Assembly: GCF_001735745.1 (NCBI RefSeq)
Contig: NZ_CP017260.1
Location: forward strand, 2,460,001-2,492,000
Length of the DNA: 32,000 nucleotides
Direction of reading: 5' to 3'
Source: Formosa sp. Hel1_33_131
GTDB taxonomy: Bacteria > Bacteroidota > Bacteroidia > Flavobacteriales > Flavobacteriaceae
Shown: positions 25,336 to 32,000 of the stretch, piece by piece
Layout: the number at the start of each line of letters is the position of its first letter
Numbering within the stretch: position 1 is the first letter of the stretch
The notes under the pieces: generated by a model
Seen by the model: the letters and a program-made list of their open reading frames with translations, nothing else
Database searches by the model: none
What the model was told of the DNA's origin: nothing
Program-made: the position numbers and the translations under genes

Positions 25336-25508
25336 CAAGTCTGGTTGTTTTGGTTTTGCGACCCTGAAACACGTTCAGGGTGACAAGTCTGGTTGTTTTG
25401 GTTTTGCGACCCTGAAACAAGTTCAGGGTGACAAGTCTGGTTGTTTTGGTTTTGCGACCCTGAAACACGTTCAGGGTGACAAGTCTGGTTGTTTTGGTTT
25501 TGCGACCC
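25312..25508. repeat. Tandem array: 4 x 48 bp (plus a 5-bp partial fifth unit) of a hairpin-containing repeat
   Basis: The unit is gaccctgaaacacgttcagggtgacaagtctggttgttttggttttgc, at 25312, 25360, 25408 and 25456. Three units are identical. Unit 3 has one substitution (acacg to acaag at 25420). Each unit carries the 8-bp hairpin accctgaa/ttcagggt. Confidence 0.95.
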
Positions 25509-25509
25509 C

Positions 25510-26283
25510 CTACCTTTTTCTATTGCGACTCAGAATTTTATATTCTTCGTAGCATTCGCTAATCGCATCTAATATTTGCAGGTCATTAGCAGTTCTTATG
25601 AAGTCGGCAGAGTAGTTACATTCACTGATTAGAAGGTCTAAATCAATTTTATCAACCTGTAATAAAGCAATCAGCATTTCTCTGTCAAAACGAGAAGCGA
25701 GTAAGTTTCTAATCTCATCTTGCTTTTTCATTTCTCTCAGTTTTCGCATTTCGCGAGGCTTTTTACCAAATATATTGTGTAAGAAATCAGCAGGATTAAA
25801 AATAGCCCCTAAAACTTTGGTCACCATACTTGGGGAGCGGGAAGTAGATTCATACCCACTATTAAGCCCTGAAATACTGTAACGCACATTTTGTTGAATT
25901 GGGACTTGCTTGATATCGACTTCAAGATATCCGGTAAGTTTTAGTTTATTGACATTCACTTCTTCAAGAGCAAATGCCAATTCTGTAAGTTCAATGGTTG
26001 TAGAAGTACCATATTTGACCCAGTCATTACTGACTTTTACTTTGATCGATTTATAGCCTAAATAGGAGAGGTGCAAGGTGTCATTGGCTTTCGCGCGAAT
26101 CTCAAATTGCCCCTCAGTATTGGTAGTTGTTCCAATCACCTGATTCAGGTTGACAATATTCACACTTTCCATGGCCCCTAAATTTTCAGCATTTACAATC
26201 TTCCCTTTGACAGTATTGTAAATTTGAGCTGTCCCAAAAAAGGGAAGCACTAGGAGTAATAAAAGTGTGAAATATGATTTCAT
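25510..26283 (-). CDS. Carboxypeptidase-regulatory-like (CarboxypepD_reg) domain protein
   Basis: Signal peptide MKSYFTLLLLLVLPFFGTAQ, using the ATG at 26283 (the ORF track starts 11 codons earlier). VKGKIVNAENLGAMESVNIVNL...TTTNTEGQFEIRAKANDTLHLSYLGYKS is the classic CarboxypepD_reg beta-sandwich motif. Confidence 0.6.
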   Translation of the reverse strand: MKSYFTLLLLLVLPFFGTAQIYNTVKGKIVNAENLGAMESVNIVNLNQVIGTTTNTEGQFEIRAKANDTLHLSYLGYKSIKVKVSNDWVKYGTSTTIELTELAFALEEVNVNKLKLTGYLEVDIKQVPIQQNVRYSISGLNSGYESTSRSPSMVTKVLGAIFNPADFLHNIFGKKPREMRKLREMKKQDEIRNLLASRFDREMLIALLQVDKIDLDLLISECNYSADFIRTANDLQILDAISECYEEYKILSRNRKR

Positions 26284-26372
26284 TTTTTCGATTAAGGATA
26301 TAAAAGTAGTAAACAAATACTACACTAATATTGTCAATCTCAACTTTGACTAATAATTAACACATTGGTTTA

Positions 26373-28217
26373 TTATCTACGGCTTTTTCTTGCTCTTGAA
26401 AAATCGCCACCACCACTTGGTTTAAAGTCTGATGAACGTCGTGGAGATCTGCTGCTAGACGAATCACTATCACTTCTGCGTCCTCTACTTTCAGATTTGA
26501 ACCCAGAAGAAGAACCTTTAGAACGGTCATTACGACCTCTTCCGCGGCCACCTCCGTAGCCGCCTTCACCACCAGAACGACGACCACCGCCACCGCCACC
26601 ACGATTGCGATCGCGACTCTTTTTTTCTGTGACTTCAACGTTGATAAAGCGTCCGTCTTGTTTGAAGTCTGTAAAGAATTCTAAGACTTTATCTTTATGA
26701 GCAGCATCCGTGTTAAAAAACGCAAAACTGTCTTTAACATCTACTTTATAAAGATCGTCTTGATTCAGTTGTAAGGTATCTCTTAAGAAATCTTTTAACT
26801 TCATCCAATCGTATCCATCTTTGCTTCCTATGTTGATAAAGAAACGCGCCGAATTGTTATCAGAACGGTAATTATCATCGGAAGTACTTCCAGATTGTGA
26901 TTTTAAATCTTTAGATTTTTTATAATAATTAAAGAAACGTGTAAATTCAGCAGAAAAGAATTTCTTGATCAATTCATCTTTAGTAACATCTTCAAATAAA
27001 CTATTGATGTCATTCAAATACGGCTCAATTTCTTGATTGATTTCTGTATCGTGAATTTTACTAGCAAGAGCTTTCAATTGAACTTCACAAATTTCCATAC
27101 CATTAGGCACTTCTTTTTTGATAAATTCTTTTTGGATGATCCGTTCGATACTTTTAATTTTTCGAACTTCACTCTTAGAAGCAATCACCATAGAAATTCC
27201 CGTTTTTCCGGCACGACCTGTTCGACCGCTTCGGTGGGTATAAATTTCTATTTCATCTGGCAATTGATAATTAATAACGTGTGTAATATCGTCCACATCA
27301 ATTCCACGTGCTGCAACATCGGTTGCAACAAGCATTTGAATTTGCTTAGCTCTGAATGACTTCATGACCACGTCACGCTGGTTTTGACTTAAATCACCAT
27401 GTAAGGCACCAGCATTGTAACCATCTTCAATAAGTTGTTCCGCTACTTTTTGAGTATCTCTTTTGGTTCTACAGAATATAACTGAAAATATTTCTGGATT
27501 GGCATCGGCTAAACGCTTCAACGCTTGGTAACGATCTCTTGCTCCAACTACGAAATATTCGTGAGAAACATTTTTACTTCCCATGTTTTTGTGACCAACT
27601 GTGACTTCTGTCGGGCTGTCCATGAATTTTTTAGCAATTAAAGACACTTCTTTTGGCATGGTTGCCGAAAAGAGCCATGTGCTTTTTTCTTCTGGTGTGT
27701 AAGATAAAATTTCTGTAATATCTTCAAAGAAGCCCATGTTCAGCATCTCATCAGCCTCATCCAAAACTGCATATTCAATTTTGGAGATATCAACCAATCG
27801 TCGGCTAATCATATCTTTCATTCTCCCTGGAGTTGCTACAATAATTTGCGCTCCTCTTTTTACTTGATTGGCTTGGTCTGTAATGCTAGCACCACCATAA
27901 ATTGCAGTCACGTTAAGTCCTTTACAGTGCTTACCATACAATTTCATCTCGTTGGTAATCTGTAAACAAAGCTCTCTTGTTGGAGATAAAATAAGACCTT
28001 GAGTCGTACGACTGTTGATGTCGATTTTCTGTAGCATTGGAAATCCAAAAGCAGCTGTTTTACCAGTTCCTGTTTGTGCCAAAGCAACGAGATCTCTGTC
28101 TTCGTCTAATAATAATGGGATTGTTTTTTCTTGTACTTCACTCGGCGTTTCAAAACCTAAGTCTGTAATGGCTTGAACTAAATGATCTTCTAGTCCAAGT
28201 TCTTTGAATGCATTCAT
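26373..28217 (-). CDS. DEAD-box ATP-dependent RNA helicase (DeaD/CsdA-like) with DbpA-type RNA-binding domain and RGG/SR-rich tail
   Basis: Q-motif (F..LGL......A...LGFETPSEVQ), motif I AQTGTGKT, motif II DEAD, SAT, HRSGRTGRAG, a DbpA-like domain (FFINIGSKDGY...) and an 85-aa low-complexity tail. Confidence 0.9.
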   Translation of the reverse strand: MNAFKELGLEDHLVQAITDLGFETPSEVQEKTIPLLLDEDRDLVALAQTGTGKTAAFGFPMLQKIDINSRTTQGLILSPTRELCLQITNEMKLYGKHCKGLNVTAIYGGASITDQANQVKRGAQIIVATPGRMKDMISRRLVDISKIEYAVLDEADEMLNMGFFEDITEILSYTPEEKSTWLFSATMPKEVSLIAKKFMDSPTEVTVGHKNMGSKNVSHEYFVVGARDRYQALKRLADANPEIFSVIFCRTKRDTQKVAEQLIEDGYNAGALHGDLSQNQRDVVMKSFRAKQIQMLVATDVAARGIDVDDITHVINYQLPDEIEIYTHRSGRTGRAGKTGISMVIASKSEVRKIKSIERIIQKEFIKKEVPNGMEICEVQLKALASKIHDTEINQEIEPYLNDINSLFEDVTKDELIKKFFSAEFTRFFNYYKKSKDLKSQSGSTSDDNYRSDNNSARFFINIGSKDGYDWMKLKDFLRDTLQLNQDDLYKVDVKDSFAFFNTDAAHKDKVLEFFTDFKQDGRFINVEVTEKKSRDRNRGGGGGGRRSGGEGGYGGGRGRGRNDRSKGSSSGFKSESRGRRSDSDSSSSRSPRRSSDFKPSGGGDFSRARKSRR

Positions 28218-28347
28218 TTTTTTAATTTAGTATTCGATAAATTTCTAAGTGTTACTTAGAAGGGGTATCGAACATACCTAAACCAAGTTCCTTGTAACAC
28301 ATCCTCACCCTGAGGAATTTCAAGTTGCAAAGGTAATACTAATTAAT

Positions 28348-28923
28348 TTAATGCATATTTAAATAGTTTACCAATTTTGAAACGGCTTTTCCTCGGTGTC
28401 CAATCCGATTTTTCTCAGCCAAAGAAAGTTCAGCAAAGGTCTGTTTGTAATCTGTAGGTTTAAAGATGGGGTCATAGCCAAAACCGTCCGTTCCTATTTT
28501 TTTATGGGTAATTTCTCCTTCACAAATCCCTTCAAAACTTATCAGTTTTCCTTGAAAATGTATTGCAATCACGGTTTTGAACCGTGCAGAGCGATTGTCT
28601 TTTGAATCTAATTCTGATAATAACAGATTCATATTGTCCTCTGCATTGCGTTGAGGGCCAGCATAGCGTGCAGAAAAAACTCCTGGTGCGCCATCCAAAG
28701 CAAGCACTTCCAATCCTGTGTCATCGGCAAAACAATCAAGACCATAATGTTCTTTAATATAATCTGCTTTTTGAATGGCATTGCCCTCAATAGTATTTTG
28801 AGTTTCGGGAATGTCTTCCGTACAGCCAATTTCTTCCAGACTTACCAGTTTTATGTGGGAGGGGATCAAGGCTTGAACCTCTTTGATTTTATTGGGGTTA
28901 TTGGTAGCGAATACAATATTCAT
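28348..28923 (-). CDS. rdgB: Non-canonical purine NTP (dITP/XTP) pyrophosphatase, RdgB/HAM1 family
   Basis: MNIVFATNNPNKIKE start at 28923; the ORF-track extension to 29004 overlaps rlmH. Motifs DDTGLEV, SARYAG, FGYDPIF and the HRG motif. Confidence 0.85.
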   Translation of the reverse strand: MNIVFATNNPNKIKEVQALIPSHIKLVSLEEIGCTEDIPETQNTIEGNAIQKADYIKEHYGLDCFADDTGLEVLALDGAPGVFSARYAGPQRNAEDNMNLLLSELDSKDNRSARFKTVIAIHFQGKLISFEGICEGEITHKKIGTDGFGYDPIFKPTDYKQTFAELSLAEKNRIGHRGKAVSKLVNYLNMH

Positions 28924-28939
28924 ATGTAGTGGTGTTAAA

Positions 28940-29413
28940 TTAACGGTGGTGATAAGGTTCATTTTTGAGAATCGTAAACCCTCTGTAGAGTTGCTCAATA
29001 ACAAAGAGTCGAACCATTTGATGTGAAAACGTCATTTTTGAAAGTGCCAAGGTTCCAGATGCTTTTTGATAGACGGCTTCCGAAAACCCATAAGGCCCTC
29101 CAATCACTAGCACCAATTGTTTGATTCCTGAATTCATCTGTTTTTGAAGAAAGGAAGAAAATCCAACAGAGTTCATTTCTTTGCCATTCTCATCCAATAA
29201 TATCAATCGGTCTGTGGCATAAATTTTGCTGAGAATTAATTTACCCTCTTCTTCTTTTTGAAGTTTTTTAGATAAATTTTTACTGTTTTTCAGGTCTGGA
29301 ATAATTTCAAACGAAAATCGCACATAATGCGACAATCGGTTTTGATAGACGGAAATAAGGTGGTTCAGTTCAGTTAAATCTGTTTTCCCTATGGCAATGA
29401 GTTTAATTTGCAT
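28940..29413 (-). CDS. rlmH: 23S rRNA (pseudouridine1915-N3)-methyltransferase
   Basis: 157 aa, SPOUT family. MQIKLIAIGK..., LLDENGKEMNSVGFS, VIGGPYGFS and the C-terminal EQLYRGFTILKNEPYHH are diagnostic for RlmH. Confidence 0.9.
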   Translation of the reverse strand: MQIKLIAIGKTDLTELNHLISVYQNRLSHYVRFSFEIIPDLKNSKNLSKKLQKEEEGKLILSKIYATDRLILLDENGKEMNSVGFSSFLQKQMNSGIKQLVLVIGGPYGFSEAVYQKASGTLALSKMTFSHQMVRLFVIEQLYRGFTILKNEPYHHR

Positions 29414-29502
29414 GTCCCAAAGTTAATTTTTTTTTAAATAAGGTTTTAGAATTATGAATGTATTTGCGTTACAATTCATATTTTAGCTTCAAAGTTACAA
29501 AC

Positions 29503-30360
29503 ATGATCACCAACGAACAATTTAAAAACGAAGTACAATTAATAATAGCCAATGCAGTCCGAGAAGATGTAGGGGATGGAGATTACAGTTCTCTAGCATG
29601 TATTCCTTCGGATGCTGTTGGCAAAGCAAAGCTTTTAATAAAAGATAATGGCGTGATTGCGGGCGTCAATTTTGCCAAGCAAGTCTTTCAGTATGTCGAT
29701 CCGAACCTGCGTGTAGAAACGCTTATCAACGATGGGGAACAAGTTAAGTTTGGGGATATCGCTTTTTATGTGGAAGGATCTAAACAATCCATCCTCAAAG
29801 CCGAACGTATTGTTCTCAATGCAATGCAGCGCATGAGTGCGGTAGCTACAAAAACACATTCCTATGTTGAAATTCTAAAAGGAACCAACACCAAAATTTT
29901 AGATACACGTAAAACAACTCCAGGATTTAGAGCCTTAGAAAAATGGGCTGTCGCCATTGGTGGAGGTGTCAACCATCGGTTTGCATTGTATGACATGATT
30001 ATGCTGAAAGACAACCATATTGATTTTGCAGGCGGAATTACCAAAGCAATTTCAACAACCAAAGAGTATTTAAAGAAACACCAATTGGACCTTCAAATTG
30101 TGGTGGAAGCCCGTGATTTAGAAGAAATCGAAGAGATTTTAGAGAATAAAGGCGTTCATCGAATTTTAATTGACAACTTCAATTATACCGATACACAAAA
30201 AGCAATCAAACTGATTGGAGACAAATGCCAGACGGAATCCTCAGGAGGCATTGATGAAGTCACCCTTCGGTTTTATGCAGAATGTGGCGTGAATTACATT
30301 TCCTGTGGTTCTTTGACCCACTCTGTTTCAAATATGGATTTAAGCCTCAAAGCAATTTAA
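29503..30360 (+). CDS. nadC: Nicotinate-nucleotide pyrophosphorylase (carboxylating)
   Basis: ATG at 29503 (MITNEQF...). Motifs ILDTRKTTPGFR, GGG.NHRF.LYDMIMLKDNH and SSGGI are typical of quinolinate phosphoribosyltransferase. Confidence 0.9.
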   Translation: MITNEQFKNEVQLIIANAVREDVGDGDYSSLACIPSDAVGKAKLLIKDNGVIAGVNFAKQVFQYVDPNLRVETLINDGEQVKFGDIAFYVEGSKQSILKAERIVLNAMQRMSAVATKTHSYVEILKGTNTKILDTRKTTPGFRALEKWAVAIGGGVNHRFALYDMIMLKDNHIDFAGGITKAISTTKEYLKKHQLDLQIVVEARDLEEIEEILENKGVHRILIDNFNYTDTQKAIKLIGDKCQTESSGGIDEVTLRFYAECGVNYISCGSLTHSVSNMDLSLKAI

Positions 30361-31298
30361 TGAGTAAAACTACAGAAGATAAACTAGATAAAATTCCAAT
30401 TCTAAATTGGATCGCAAAACTCCTAAAGCGAATTCAGCTTCCTGGATCTCAAGGTTTTTCTTTCTATGATTTGTTAGAAATGTATGTGATTGGTATTTTT
30501 AAAGGAGCACTTACAACACGCGCGAGTGCCATTGCATTTAGTTTTTTTACAGCCATATTTCCTTTTTTGTTGTTCATTATTATTCTGATACCCTACATTC
30601 CTTTTGATAATTTTAAAGTGGATTTTTTAGAGTTTTTAGATTCTATTTTACCGCCTCAAACATCCGATTTTTTCAATCAAAATATTTTTGAAAACATCAA
30701 TGATAGGAGTACAGGAGGTTTGCTTTCAACCGTCTTTCTTGTCTCTATGTTTTTGATGGCTAACGGCGTAAATGCCGTGTTTTCAGGATTCGAAAATTCC
30801 TACCACCAACAACTCAATCGCAATTTTATTAAACAATATTTTTATGCTTTTGGAGTTGCCATCATTCTTGTCATTCTTTTAATCCTGACGGTTATTGGAT
30901 TTGGATATGCTCAAATTTATTTAATTCATCCCATAGTCGAAAGGTTCGGTTCTGGCGATGCGAGCAACGAGCTTTTTTGGATTACAAAAGCAAAGTATTT
31001 CTTTTTTGTAATTATGATTTATCTCAGTATGGCCAGCTTATATTACTTCGGAACTAAAGACGGAAAGTTGTCTAGTTTCTTATCTGTAGGAGCCCTGTTT
31101 ACCACCTTTTTAATACTTGTGAGCTCTTATTTATTTGGTCTTTATATTAATAATTTCTCTACCTATAATGAATTATATGGTTCCATTGGGGGTTTATTAA
31201 TTCTCCTATTCTACTTTTGGTTGAATGCAAACATTATCCTTCTAGGTCATGAATTGAATTCGTCTCTTCAACTTCTAAAGAAAAAATGCACGCCATAG
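30360..31298 (+). CDS. YihY/BrkB-family inner-membrane protein
   Basis: The ATG at 30360 overlaps the nadC stop (TAATG). It has about 6 TM helices. The N-terminal ...ALTTRASAIAFSFFTAIFPFLLF motif is typical of the YihY family. Confidence 0.75.
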   Translation: MSKTTEDKLDKIPILNWIAKLLKRIQLPGSQGFSFYDLLEMYVIGIFKGALTTRASAIAFSFFTAIFPFLLFIIILIPYIPFDNFKVDFLEFLDSILPPQTSDFFNQNIFENINDRSTGGLLSTVFLVSMFLMANGVNAVFSGFENSYHQQLNRNFIKQYFYAFGVAIILVILLILTVIGFGYAQIYLIHPIVERFGSGDASNELFWITKAKYFFFVIMIYLSMASLYYFGTKDGKLSSFLSVGALFTTFLILVSSYLFGLYINNFSTYNELYGSIGGLLILLFYFWLNANIILLGHELNSSLQLLKKKCTP

Positions 31299-32000
31299 AA
31301 GTCTTTTTTATCGATGTTATTTTACCGCTTTCCTTAGAGCGGAATTTCACCTACGCCATCACCAAAGCGGAAGCAGACTTTATTAAAAGAGGGGTCAGAG
31401 TTGCGGTCCCTTTTGGAAAAAACAAAGTCTATACAGGCATCGTCTATAACATACATCACATTGCGCCTACAGCTTATGAAGCGAAGTCGATTCACAGTAT
31501 ATTAGATGAAAGTCCTGTGGTCAACCAGTTTCAATTTAAATTGTGGGAGTGGATGTCAAGTTATTATTTGTGTAGCATGGGAGAAATCATGCGTGCCGCA
31601 ATGCCCAATGCTTTTTTGTTGGAAAGTGAAACGATTATCTCATTAAACCCATCCACAGAGTTTGAAGTAAACAGCTTAAAGGACGATGAGTATTTGGTGT
31701 GTGAAGCACTGCAACAACAATCCAGTTTAAAGGTCGATGAAATCAATGCGATTATTGACAGAAAAAATTCGTTCCCAGTTTTAAAACGTCTTCTCGATCA
31801 AAAAGTGATTGCTTTAGAACAGGAATTATCTGAAAAATACAAGCCTAAATTAATTCGTTGCGTACGTTTACATCCCAATTATCAGCATGAAAACGCCTTG
31901 CAAGAACTTGTGGAGACGCTGAAAAGTGCGTCCAAACAACGGGAGATTGTTTTAAGTTATTTTAATTTAGCGAACGCTACCAAACAAATCAAAGTAGCGG
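31286..32000 (+). CDS. priA: Primosomal protein N' (replication restart helicase), N-terminal part; continues beyond the window
   Basis: Hand translation from ATG 31286 gives MHAIEVFFIDVILPLSLERNFTYAI...GVRVAVPFGKNKVYTGIVYNIH...LWEWMSSYYLCSMGEIMRAAMP, the PriA N-terminal 3'-DNA-binding/winged-helix region. The frame is open to the window end. Not in the ORF track. Confidence 0.8.
   Translation, partial: MHAIEVFFIDVILPLSLERNFTYAITKAEADFIKRGVRVAVPFGKNKVYTGIVYNIHHIAPTAYEAKSIHSILDESPVVNQFQFKLWEWMSSYYLCSMGEIMRAAMPNAFLLESETIISLNPSTEFEVNSLKDDEYLVCEALQQQSSLKVDEINAIIDRKNSFPVLKRLLDQKVIALEQELSEKYKPKLIRCVRLHPNYQHENALQELVETLKSASKQREIVLSYFNLANATKQIKVA

Noticed and set aside
25256-25468. 70-aa minus-strand ORF with a repeated peptide (FQGRKTKTTRLVTLN x3)
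   Set aside because: It is simply the translation of the tandem DNA repeat. It overlaps the 3' end of the GIY-YIG frame and has no promoter or start context. Repeat-derived ORFs of this kind (also MFCHPELVSGS at 24913) are typical annotation artefacts.
25312-25508. Possible CRISPR array (regularly spaced palindromic repeats next to a nuclease gene)
   Set aside because: The whole 48-bp unit repeats, including the would-be spacer, so there are no unique spacers. There are only four units, no cas genes in the window, and the hairpin belongs to a dispersed repeat family.
26357-26638. 93-aa (minus) and 64-aa (plus, 26365-26559) ORFs rich in V/A or P/L/R
   Set aside because: They are alternative-frame readings of the GC-rich, repetitive RGG/SR-coding tail of the DEAD-box helicase, with no independent support.
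28924-29004. Upstream extension of rdgB overlapping rlmH, and likewise the extensions of nadC (29458-29502), yihY (30282-30359), yceI (10081-10107) and the CarboxypepD_reg gene (26284-26316)
   Set aside because: Conserved family N-termini or signal peptides begin at the internal ATGs. The extensions overlap neighbouring genes or add residues upstream of the signal peptides.
1-32000. Search for tRNA, rRNA, tmRNA, prophage, integrase/transposase, toxin-antitoxin or known defence-system genes
   Set aside because: The intergenic gaps are all under 350 bp and none folds into a cloverleaf-like sequence. No ORF shows integrase, transposase, restriction, Cas, Abi or TA hallmarks. The only nuclease-like genes are the GIY-YIG pseudogene and the RmuC-like gene.

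Overview
This is a 32-kb chromosomal window from a low-GC Bacteroidota genome, most likely Flavobacteriaceae. The lineage call rests on a T9SS C-terminal sorting domain, TTTG-N19-TAnnTTTG promoters, an ECF-sigma/DUF4252 module and a 950-aa CarB. It holds about 38 tightly packed protein genes, mostly housekeeping: mtaB, rpmH, carB, purB, a DEAD-box helicase, rdgB, rlmH, nadC and priA. Envelope and periplasmic genes are interspersed: an ABC substrate-binding lipoprotein, a lytic transglycosylase, YceI, a cytochrome c lipoprotein, a secreted ankyrin protein, a DOMON/T9SS protein, a beta-barrel protein, an S41 peptidase and a BtuB-type TonB-dependent receptor. I found no rRNA, tRNA, CRISPR array, integrase, transposase or known defence gene. 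Non-coding features I can support are a cobalamin riboswitch upstream of the btuB-like receptor, two clean intrinsic terminators, several consensus promoters, and rpmH (52 aa), which the ORF track misses. The most unusual signal is a family of palindromic 'tgtcaNNctgaa-N5-ttcagNNtc' elements. Two gene-less copies lie in 3' intergenic regions (9432-9511 and 20870-20936). Inverted copies bracket a small GIY-YIG nuclease gene that carries an in-frame TGA. The right-hand copy is amplified into a nearly perfect 4 x 48-bp tandem array (25312-25503). Stem positions co-vary between copies, so the hairpin appears to be under selection. I read this as a candidate REP/MITE-like repeat system with a GIY-YIG nuclease as its possible cognate enzyme. 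That link is inference; only the repeat architecture is seen directly. Other second-look items are an extracytoplasmic redox-looking gene cluster (9.5-13.1 kb), a divergent RmuC-like protein, the RGG/SR-rich helicase tail, and a hairpin in the rpmH leader.
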